Part shown: positions 48,312 through 56,526 of the stretch, in pieces | Numbering within the stretch: position 1 is the first letter of the stretch | How the letters are laid out: every line of letters begins with the position of its first letter | Assembly (NCBI GenBank): GCA_003599345.1 | Contig: QZJP01000049.1 | Coordinates: 1 to 57,611, forward strand | Origin: Bacillota bacterium | GTDB taxonomy: Bacteria > Bacillota > Sulfobacillia > UBA995 > UBA9673 | Direction of reading: 5' to 3' | Length of the DNA: 57,611 nt | The notes under the pieces: generated by a model | Told to the model about the DNA's origin: nothing | The model's input: only the letters and a program-made list of their open reading frames with translations | The model's database searches: none | Position numbers and translations under genes: made by a program

Positions 48312-51300
48312 ATGTCGCCTTCTCGCCGGCCGTACCGCGAGGAGATCGCGCCCAGGCGACGCAGTTCCCTCCGTGGTCTCCTCACTTTCCTTGGGATTCT
48401 GCTCCTCCTGGGTGGCGTGGCCCTCGGTGTCCTCGTCCTGAGCCCCGGCCTGGCGAGTCTCATCCCCGGCCCGGTCGGTGAACGGCTCAACGTGATAGCC
48501 ACGAGCGGCCGGGGTTGGCTCGAAGGCCTCATCTCCGATGAAGGGGCCCTCGGAGCCGTTCGGCAATTCGTCGAGCCCTACCTCTCCAAGCTGGGACTCA
48601 ACCTCACCACCGTCCTCTTGGGTATGGGCCTTCTTCTCCTGGCGGTCATCTGCATCCGAATTCTCGCCGTCACCTCGAGGGTTGAGAGACCGGAGAGCGA
48701 GGACGAGGTCTTCGGCGAGGACGGTAAGGGTCCCGGCGAGGGTGGGCGCAGCCCGTATTGGCCGTATGAGAAGCGGCCCGCGGCCCGCAAGTCGGGAGCC
48801 CTCATGTCGGGTACACGGCTCACACCTGACCGGCCCGTAGGGGCCGCGTTCGACACGAGCGCGGCCCGGGGGTCCGGACCCGGAGCGATGGGGCCGGATT
48901 TCGGGACGGGCAACGAGCAGGCCTACGCGACGGGCGGCGAACCGGCCTACGGGGCTGGCGAAGCGGATTTCGCGACCGGCCCCACACCGGGGTTTGAGAC
49001 CGTACCCGCGGCGGAGGCCTTCGACGCCGGGCCTCCTTCCGAGGCCGTGCCTCACAGAGACGCCGCTCTAGACTTCTCCCTCCCGGATACGGCGACCGGT
49101 GACGCGTGGCCCCTGGTTCGTCCCCGGTCGATTCCGAGTCCCGAGCCCGTCGCTCATGGCGTTGAGCGCGGCGAGGGCATCGAGCCCGGTCGAGACGCCA
49201 CTACACATTCCCCGCCCGCCGAAGTGACCATGGGCGACCACGCCGCCGGTGAGGCCTTGCCTGCGCCCGGCCCCGAAGAGATGGGACCCGGCCTTGGGGA
49301 CCTTGGTGAGGAGCCGGAGTCGCGTGCGGCCGGGGGTCTCTCGTTCGATGCCGAGTTCGCCCCGGAGGAGGCCTTCGGCGGTGAAGAGGAGGCCCTTCCG
49401 CCGCGCCACGCGGTCGCACCGGCAGGCCCGGGGACAGCTCTGACTGGTGAGCCGGCTTCCGGCGAGCGACCAGGCCCGGGGCCCTTCGCGCCACCGGCCC
49501 CGGAGCCGGGTCTTCCGGGCGTGGGCCAGCCCGCACCCACGGCCGGGGCGGGCGAGGCCGCCTACTATCCGCCTGCCGGCTATCCTCAGCCACCGGTGGC
49601 GCGGTCGCGCACGGAGCCTGGGGTGGGGCAGCCCGTCCCTTCACTGTCCCATGAGGGGGAATACCCCTCAGAGGACTACCTGGCGGACATGCCGGCCCCG
49701 GCGTTCCCGCCGCCCACTTTCCCGAGGCCGGGTGTCGAGCCGTTCGGCCCGCCCCCCACCCCACAGCGCGCACGGGAGGCGTGGGTGGAAGGCAGGCCTA
49801 GCCTCGGCGCGGGGCTCCGGAAGTTCGCCTTCCCGGGCTTCGTCCTCATGGCTCTGGGAGCCGGGGGGGCCTACGGTCTTCAGACCCCGTTGGCGGCCTA
49901 CATCACGGGCGGGCCCTACGGCCAGTACCTCCTCGCCAGCGCCGCGGCCGTTCTCAGCATGGGTGTTGGGCTATGGTTCATGAACGGGCCGATGCGTCCC
50001 GTGGTGAGCCGGATGGCCCCCGGCTTCCCCGGCGTCGGAGGCCGGGCCGCGGCGGAGGCCGCAGCCGCGATGGCCCCCGGGCGCGGGTTCCCGGCGCAGG
50101 GGCCTCCGGTGAGCGCGAGGCCGCCGAGGCCCGCGTTCCGGTCCGTGGGCCCGGCGCCGATTCCCGGGCGGGCCGCTCTCGAGAGCGGTCTAGAGGCTCC
50201 CGACGCCATTGACTGGGGTAGGCTACCCAAACCTTCCGTGTTCATCCCCTGGAGCCAGGCCGGGACCACCATCGGTCTTGACATCGGCGCCGCCTGGATG
50301 AAGGCGGTGCAGGTCGGTCCCGGTCGTCACGGCCTGGAAATCGTGAACCTAGGCCTCTGCCCCACCCCCGAGGGCGTCGTCGGCGAGGACGGCATAAGTG
50401 ACCCGGACCTACTCGGCGAGGCCGTCAAGGACTTGCTTCAAAGCAGGAATATCATCCAGCGGGAAGTTGTGACCGCCCTCGGCGGGCAGGGGGTCATCAT
50501 CCGCCACGTCCAGTTCCCGGTGATGAGCCCGGACGAGTTGCGCGAGGTCCTGCGGTGGGAGGCGGAGCACCACATCCCGATTCCGCCGCCCGAGGCCGTG
50601 GTCGACTTCACGGTCATGCCCGGCCAGGGAGACTCGGACGAGCGGGGCAACCGCCAGATGCGGGTCATGCTCGTCGGCGCTCAGAAGAAGGTCGTCGAAG
50701 ACCAGATAGCCGCCTTGAGGCGGGCCAAGCTGGTGCCGAGGGGTGTCGACGCGGAAGCCCTGGCGTGTTTCCGTGTCGTCCAGGCGGCCGGGCACTTCGT
50801 CGAGGACCCTCTGCGCTACGCGCAGGCCGTCATCGATCTCGGTCACTCCTCGACGAAGCTCGGCATCTATCTCAGGGGCGCTCTCGAGATGAGCCGCACC
50901 CTGGGCATCGGCGGCCGCGCCCTCACGCAGGTGCTGGTCGAGAAGTTGCGGGTTCCGGAGGTCGAGGCCGAGACGCTCAAGCGGCAGTACGGCGTCCTTC
51001 CGGAAGGCGGGAGAGTCACCGCCGCCCTGAGCCCGACCCTTCAGGACCTCATGTTCGAGATCAGGCGATCGTTCGAGTTCTTCTCCTCGCGTCACTTCGG
51101 GCAGTCCGTGAGGCACGTCTACCTGATAGGCGGAGGGGCCCGCATGCCCGGGATAGTCCAAGCCCTCGGCCGTTACCTCAACCCGTCCCTCGGCGAGAGG
51201 ATCCCGGAGGGGGCGGCTATCGGGGTGGAACTCGTCGACCCGCTGTCAGCCGTGGGCCTCCACCCGCGGCTCTACGACCAGGCCGACCTCATCGGGACCG

Positions 51301-51365
51301 AGTTCGTGACGGCCCTAGGCCTCGCCTTGTCCGAAGAGGAGGAGGGCCCCGCGCATGAAGGTTAA
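48312..51365 (+). CDS. pilM: Type IV pilus assembly protein PilM with a ~650-aa membrane-anchored, low-complexity N-terminal extension
   Basis: C-terminal actin-like PilM domain: IGLDIG, LRWEAEHHIP, IDLGHSST, IGG, EIRRSFEFF, YLIGGGA and TALGLAL. Followed by pilN and pilO. Confidence 0.88.
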   Translation: MSPSRRPYREEIAPRRRSSLRGLLTFLGILLLLGGVALGVLVLSPGLASLIPGPVGERLNVIATSGRGWLEGLISDEGALGAVRQFVEPYLSKLGLNLTTVLLGMGLLLLAVICIRILAVTSRVERPESEDEVFGEDGKGPGEGGRSPYWPYEKRPAARKSGALMSGTRLTPDRPVGAAFDTSAARGSGPGAMGPDFGTGNEQAYATGGEPAYGAGEADFATGPTPGFETVPAAEAFDAGPPSEAVPHRDAALDFSLPDTATGDAWPLVRPRSIPSPEPVAHGVERGEGIEPGRDATTHSPPAEVTMGDHAAGEALPAPGPEEMGPGLGDLGEEPESRAAGGLSFDAEFAPEEAFGGEEEALPPRHAVAPAGPGTALTGEPASGERPGPGPFAPPAPEPGLPGVGQPAPTAGAGEAAYYPPAGYPQPPVARSRTEPGVGQPVPSLSHEGEYPSEDYLADMPAPAFPPPTFPRPGVEPFGPPPTPQRAREAWVEGRPSLGAGLRKFAFPGFVLMALGAGGAYGLQTPLAAYITGGPYGQYLLASAAAVLSMGVGLWFMNGPMRPVVSRMAPGFPGVGGRAAAEAAAAMAPGRGFPAQGPPVSARPPRPAFRSVGPAPIPGRAALESGLEAPDAIDWGRLPKPSVFIPWSQAGTTIGLDIGAAWMKAVQVGPGRHGLEIVNLGLCPTPEGVVGEDGISDPDLLGEAVKDLLQSRNIIQREVVTALGGQGVIIRHVQFPVMSPDELREVLRWEAEHHIPIPPPEAVVDFTVMPGQGDSDERGNRQMRVMLVGAQKKVVEDQIAALRRAKLVPRGVDAEALACFRVVQAAGHFVEDPLRYAQAVIDLGHSSTKLGIYLRGALEMSRTLGIGGRALTQVLVEKLRVPEVEAETLKRQYGVLPEGGRVTAALSPTLQDLMFEIRRSFEFFSSRHFGQSVRHVYLIGGGARMPGIVQALGRYLNPSLGERIPEGAAIGVELVDPLSAVGLHPRLYDQADLIGTEFVTALGLALSEEEEGPAHEG

Positions 51366-51903
51366 CCTCCTCCCCTACCAGCTCGCTCAGAAGGCGGGTC
51401 CCAACTGGCGCACCATTTTCCTGCTCGGCGGGATGGTCCTCCTCGCGGGCGTGACCCTCATCTTCTACGTGGCCCTACAGGGACAGGTCAACAAGTTCAT
51501 GGCCGACATCGCCGCCGTGAAGCGGGACTACGAGCAGTACACCGCGGCCCTGGAGCGAAAGGCCACCCTGGACCAACTCCAGGCCTCCTACACGGAGAAG
51601 CAGGGCTTCATCATGCAGTTGTCCGGGGAAGGCGTCAAGTGGAACGACATCATGGACGAGCTGCGGAGCATCATCCCCAAGACGGTCGTCCTCGACACGG
51701 TGTCCAGTGACGAAACCGGGCACATGGTGCTGGAAGGGCGGGCCGGCGGGCTGATAGCCCTATCGCAGTTCCACAATAACATCCAAGACTCGGCGACCAT
51801 GGCCGCGCCGGACGTGAAGAGTGTGCTCTGGGACATAGAGGGCGCGTTCTTCAAGTTCGTTCTCGAGTGCGACGCGAAACAGGCGGTGGGCGACGGTGGC
51901 TAG
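51355..51903 (+). CDS. pilN: Type IV pilus assembly protein PilN
   Basis: N-terminal VNLLP PilM-binding motif, TM, coiled coil and ferredoxin-like domain. Confidence 0.88.
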   Translation: MKVNLLPYQLAQKAGPNWRTIFLLGGMVLLAGVTLIFYVALQGQVNKFMADIAAVKRDYEQYTAALERKATLDQLQASYTEKQGFIMQLSGEGVKWNDIMDELRSIIPKTVVLDTVSSDETGHMVLEGRAGGLIALSQFHNNIQDSATMAAPDVKSVLWDIEGAFFKFVLECDAKQAVGDGG

Positions 51904-52618
51904 CCCCGAACCGCGCTCCGGCTTCATGAGGTTTCGCCCACTGACAGGGCGCGAGCAGGTCGTCCTGGTCGTGCTCTTCCTCATCCTCTACGCCGTGGCC
52001 TTCGGTCTTTGGGTCTACCGGCCCTTCACCGAGACCATATCCGACCTCAGAGACAGGCTCACGGTCGAGCGTGAGAAACTCATGGCAGCCCAAGCCATCT
52101 TCCACCGTCTCGACGACATCAACGCCAGGATAGCCGAGCTCAACGCGGCCGTGGCCGAACTCGACCTCCTGGTGCCCGGCAATAGCCGGCAGGCGCACTT
52201 CCTCTACGCCTGCGGGCAGTGGGAGCGCCTGACCGGCGCTCGGGTCCGGGAAATGGTCTTCACGGCCCCGTCCGACATCGGCGGCTACGAGGAGTACATG
52301 GTGACGTTCACGGTAGTCGGGAGCTACACGGCCCAGGTCAAGTTCCTCGCAGAGCTCGAGGGGATGGACAGGCTGGTCAGGGTGGACAACGTCTCTCTCC
52401 TGCCGACCGACGCCACCCAGGCCGGCACGGGTGGCGGCGAGGACGGGGGCGGCGCGGGCGGGGGGCAGCAGTATGCCACCGCCGACGTGGTAACCGCCCG
52501 CTACGTGGTTCACCTCTTCGTCGACCCGAGTAAGGCCGCGCAGGCCGCCGCCGAGAGCCCCGGCGAAGGCTTGACCTTCACGCTCTCGGAGGGCCGCTCG
52601 ACGCCCTTCATCCCCTAG
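51896..52618 (+). CDS. pilO: Type IV pilus assembly protein PilO
   Basis: TM, coiled coil, GSY..FLAELEGMDRLVRV and terminal GRSTPF. Confidence 0.85.
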   Translation: MASPEPRSGFMRFRPLTGREQVVLVVLFLILYAVAFGLWVYRPFTETISDLRDRLTVEREKLMAAQAIFHRLDDINARIAELNAAVAELDLLVPGNSRQAHFLYACGQWERLTGARVREMVFTAPSDIGGYEEYMVTFTVVGSYTAQVKFLAELEGMDRLVRVDNVSLLPTDATQAGTGGGEDGGGAGGGQQYATADVVTARYVVHLFVDPSKAAQAAAESPGEGLTFTLSEGRSTPFIP

Positions 52619-52842
52619 CCCGGTCTCGCCCGCCCGCCCAGGCCGTCCGCCTGCCAGGTCCCGGCCGCGCATCGTTAGACCCCGGAAAGCCCTGTCGCTT
52701 CTCGCGGTCCCTGTCGCGCCTCCTCGATAAAAGCTGTGCCCGCCGACGGTTTTCACTGAAGGACGCAAGCCCATCGCCTCCGAATCGCCCCGCCTCGTCG
52801 GGAGAAGCCCCACGGGGCAAGGGTAGGGCGGAGGGGGGTGAG

Positions 52843-53562
52843 GTGTTGGTCCTTCACGCCTCGGGTCACGGCTCCGTCCGGACCGGCCCGGCCGCGCGCC
52901 GTCTAGGCCCACGGATGACCGCGCTGCTTGCGGCGGCGGCGGTGGGAGGTGTCGTACTGGTCGGAGCCCGGGCCATCGTGGCCACCGGGCCCCGAACCGT
53001 CCACTTCATCTACGTCCGCGAGGAGAACTCACTCGGCCTTGACAACCTGCCGCCGCCGGGGGGCGCCGCCGGCTCGTACCTCGACTCCTCGCGCGGGGTG
53101 GTTACCCTGCCGCCGGGCTCGGACCCGGTTTCCCGAGGGACGGGCGTGCTCGTCCTCAGAGAGACCTTCGCCGGTGGGGCGCTCGTCGAAGTCAAGGTTC
53201 TCTGCCTCGACGGGCTCAGCGGGGTTGTCGCCGGCCGGCAGGGGCCGGGCGCTCCGCCGGAGTGCGCTCTCCTAGCGGTGGATTTGTCCCTCTCACCGGC
53301 CGGCTCCGCGGGAAGCGGCAAGTGGTCCATCCGGGTGGAAACGCCGGTCGCGCCGGCGGCCGTGCTCGACCCCGGAAAGGAGTGGCGGCTGGCGGCCGTC
53401 CGCCGGGACGGCGAGGTCGTCCTCTTCGACGGAGGCGACCCGGGCTTCGCGGCGGAGGCCGTGGCGGCCTTTGCCGACGGCCGGCCGGTGAGCCTTCTGA
53501 GTGTCGTCAACTACGGGGCATGGGAAGCCGACAGGATAGAACTCTCGAGCTATGGGGGATAG
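52843..53562 (+). CDS. Hypothetical exported/single-TM protein
   Basis: 239 aa, GGGGGTGAG RBS, N-terminal hydrophobic helix; ends 3 bp before the next gene. Confidence 0.6.
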   Translation: MLVLHASGHGSVRTGPAARRLGPRMTALLAAAAVGGVVLVGARAIVATGPRTVHFIYVREENSLGLDNLPPPGGAAGSYLDSSRGVVTLPPGSDPVSRGTGVLVLRETFAGGALVEVKVLCLDGLSGVVAGRQGPGAPPECALLAVDLSLSPAGSAGSGKWSIRVETPVAPAAVLDPGKEWRLAAVRRDGEVVLFDGGDPGFAAEAVAAFADGRPVSLLSVVNYGAWEADRIELSSYGG

Positions 53563-53565
53563 GCG

Positions 53566-56382
53566 ATGCGCGGCGGGAATTACCTGCCCACTAAGGTCCG
53601 GTTTCGCTTGCGTCTAGTCTCCGCGGTAATCATCTGGGCCGTCGTCTTCTGCGCGGCGTCGCCCGGCGCGGCCGGCACGGGGTCCGACCCCACCGGAGGG
53701 AGGACTCCCGTCGTCCTCGTCCACGGGCTGACCTGTGGCGGCTCAAGGGTGTGGGGCGAGAGGTCGGGTTCAGGGAGGGGCCTGTACGCCGCCCTTCTCG
53801 GCGCGGGCTACGTCCCCGGACAGACCCTTTTCTGCTACGACTATGACAACCTGCCGGCCGCCGACTACGAAGCCCTAGCGAGGGTGGGGCTCGCGGCGAC
53901 GGTGGACCGGGTCCTCGCGGGCGGGGCGGCCTCCGGCACGCCGGGAGCCGGCGGCTTGGGGCGGTTCGACATGATAGCTTTCGGGACGGGGGCCCTGGTC
54001 GCCAGGTGCTGGGCGGCCACCGACCCCGCGGCCGGGAGCCTGAGGAACCTGGTTCTCATCGCCCCGCCCAACCACGGGATGTTCCAGGCCGACCTCCTCA
54101 AGGTGCTGTACCACACCGACCGCCTGGTGAAGCAGCCTGGGGCCGGCCCGGGTGGCGGCGCCGCCCCTGACGGCGGGTTCCCACCCAGGCCCCTTTTCGC
54201 GGGCGAGAACCAGTACGTGGCTGTGCGCGCCGGGCACTACCGCCTCCTCTACGGGGAATACGTCCTTCACGGCCGGATACTTGGCCAGGCGCCGGACGGG
54301 GCGCCACCGCCCACCTGGGAGGAATGGGTGGTCTCCGAGAGGCCGGAACTGGCCCGAGATCTTGTCTACGACTCCCAGGTCGAGCCCGACCCGCCGGGGG
54401 GCGGGCTGACCCTGGCCTACTACGAGATGCTCTCCCTGGAAGTAGGGCGCCAACTGTACCTGGCCGGGCTCGTCAGAAAGGAGAACAGGCCGGAGAGCGG
54501 GGCGGAGCCGCCCTCCCTCGATGGGCTCCTCGACGGTGACTGGGCGACCAGGCTGAAGGACTACCTCCTGCGTCTCGTCGTCGACTGGGGGACCCGGAAG
54601 GCCCGAGAGCTGTGGGCCAGGCACCGGTCGGGTATCGCCCTCACCATCGGCGAGCTCCTGACCGGGCTCGAACCCGGCGGCGCGGCCCTATCGAGATTGG
54701 TGCCGGAATACCTGGCTTTCCCCGGGGGGTCGGCCGCCCCGGTAGCGCCGCCGCCTGGAGTTGGACTGGTCCTCTGCAACGCGTTCCTCCACCGCCTCGG
54801 GTCGCGCGAGGCCGGGGCGCGCGGGAGCGATTCCCGCTACGTGACCGTGGCGGCCTCCTTCCCGGGGCTTCTGACCCTGCTCGGGCTCGACGTGGGGCCG
54901 AACGACCTCGTCATCGAGGCCGCGTCGGCGGTGGCCGAACCCCGACCGGCTGACGAGTTCCTCCTCGAAAGGGGGCTTCTCTGGGCCCACGGGCAGCTTC
55001 CGGGCAACGCCCGCCTCTTCGGTGACGTCCTCCGGGTCCTGGATAGGCCGGGGGCACGAGGCCCTGAAGGAAGTCCCGGAGGGGACGCTGAGGCCGGCCT
55101 GTCAGGCGGCGGCGCCGCGGCGCTGTGGAGTCCCGAGTACCGCGCGCTGGGGCTGGAGCCCGGACCCGTCGTGGTCCGGGTCGCAATCGGAGACCCCGCG
55201 GCGAGCGGCCTCGACGGGCTGAGACCGCTGGCCTGGCTCGCTGAAGACGGGGGCGCCCGGGAGGACCCGAGGCGGACGGGGCTAGAACCGGGCGCGGTGC
55301 CCGGCGTTGTTGACTGCATCGACCTTGCCCCCCAGGGGCGGGCCCTTGTGGGGACGCGCAGCCTGAATCTCTATGACGGGCTGGTCCTTGGTGTCCGGCT
55401 CGTGCCGGACCCTTCGGCGGGGCCCGGCTACCTCGTCATGGCCAGGTACCTCGGCCGTGATACCAGGGTGCCCTTCAACTACTCAGTGAGCCCGGCGGGA
55501 ACGGAAGGTTCGGCGAACCCGGAGGCAAGCCCAACGGACGACGCTGGCGACAGCGGCGACGCCGTCGACACCAGCGATGCCGGCGATACCGGCGGGCCGG
55601 GGGACACGGATGACACAGGCGACATGGGCGAGACAGGGGAATCGGGCGACGGGAGCTGCTCGCCTCCGGCAGGGACCGGCGACGGCCCGCGGACTCCTGG
55701 GGTGGAACCGCAAGCGGGTGCCGGCGGCCCGGACGGTTCTAGCGGGGAAGCGGTCCCAGGCCGGGCTGAGATAGTCCCGACGCTCGAACCGCCGCTCATC
55801 AATGTCATCAGGGTGACCAAGCTCACGACCGGCAAGCGGGAGGACCGCACGTATCATGCCGTATGGGAATGGGACTTCGGTGACGGGGAGCGGCTGACGG
55901 ATACGGACCCGACGCACACTCTGGTCACGGTCGAGCATACCTTTGCCGGCCCCGGGACCTACACCGTCCGGGCCAGGTCGATAGCCAACGACGGCCGTGT
56001 CCTCCGGGACCTCGAGTGGACGGTGGAGGCGACGGGGGGCTCGGGGCCGGGCGAGTCGGCGTTCACCTTCGAGGCCGAGACGATTGTCGAGCCCGTCGTG
56101 GTCCTCACGGTTGAAGGCCCGAAGAAGTGGGTGACCGGGAAGCCGGCCCGGTTCAAGGTGGTGGCCGAGGTCAGCTGGCCGCCGCGGACGCGCCGGCAGG
56201 TCATCCGGGCCTATCCGGGTTGGGAGTTCGATGTCGTGTGGGAGAAGCCCGGGACGTTCGAGGTCAGGGGAGCGGTGACCGTCAAGCAGAGCTACGAGTT
56301 CCCCGACCAGCGCATCACCGTCTACAACACCTACGTCACCGTGGTCACTGTTGAGGTGTTCACTCCCGGGCTGACCGAATAG
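53566..56382 (+). CDS. Secreted lipase-fold (alpha/beta) protein lacking the nucleophile Ser, with an acidic linker and a PKD domain
   Basis: Signal peptide, PVVLVHG, MIAFGTGALVAR, LVLIAPPNHG, NDLVI, AH, and PKD-like WEWDFGDG..HTFAGPGTYTV. Confidence 0.75.
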   Translation: MRGGNYLPTKVRFRLRLVSAVIIWAVVFCAASPGAAGTGSDPTGGRTPVVLVHGLTCGGSRVWGERSGSGRGLYAALLGAGYVPGQTLFCYDYDNLPAADYEALARVGLAATVDRVLAGGAASGTPGAGGLGRFDMIAFGTGALVARCWAATDPAAGSLRNLVLIAPPNHGMFQADLLKVLYHTDRLVKQPGAGPGGGAAPDGGFPPRPLFAGENQYVAVRAGHYRLLYGEYVLHGRILGQAPDGAPPPTWEEWVVSERPELARDLVYDSQVEPDPPGGGLTLAYYEMLSLEVGRQLYLAGLVRKENRPESGAEPPSLDGLLDGDWATRLKDYLLRLVVDWGTRKARELWARHRSGIALTIGELLTGLEPGGAALSRLVPEYLAFPGGSAAPVAPPPGVGLVLCNAFLHRLGSREAGARGSDSRYVTVAASFPGLLTLLGLDVGPNDLVIEAASAVAEPRPADEFLLERGLLWAHGQLPGNARLFGDVLRVLDRPGARGPEGSPGGDAEAGLSGGGAAALWSPEYRALGLEPGPVVVRVAIGDPAASGLDGLRPLAWLAEDGGAREDPRRTGLEPGAVPGVVDCIDLAPQGRALVGTRSLNLYDGLVLGVRLVPDPSAGPGYLVMARYLGRDTRVPFNYSVSPAGTEGSANPEASPTDDAGDSGDAVDTSDAGDTGGPGDTDDTGDMGETGESGDGSCSPPAGTGDGPRTPGVEPQAGAGGPDGSSGEAVPGRAEIVPTLEPPLINVIRVTKLTTGKREDRTYHAVWEWDFGDGERLTDTDPTHTLVTVEHTFAGPGTYTVRARSIANDGRVLRDLEWTVEATGGSGPGESAFTFEAETIVEPVVVLTVEGPKKWVTGKPARFKVVAEVSWPPRTRRQVIRAYPGWEFDVVWEKPGTFEVRGAVTVKQSYEFPDQRITVYNTYVTVVTVEVFTPGLTE

Positions 56383-56404
56383 CCTCCGGTCCGCCGAGCG
56401 TGGG

Positions 56405-56441
56405 CGAGGACGGGACCCTTCCCGGTCGGGGCCCGTCCTCG
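56405..56441 (+). terminator. Hairpin after the PKD protein gene
   Basis: Arms CGAGGACGGG / CCCGTCCTCG. Confidence 0.5.
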
Positions 56442-56526
56442 TCCCTTCCTCAAGAGGGAACCGCAACCGGCATGGGTAATCTAGTCGCGATGAATACGGC
56501 TGCCGGACGGCGACAGGAGGCCTGGC

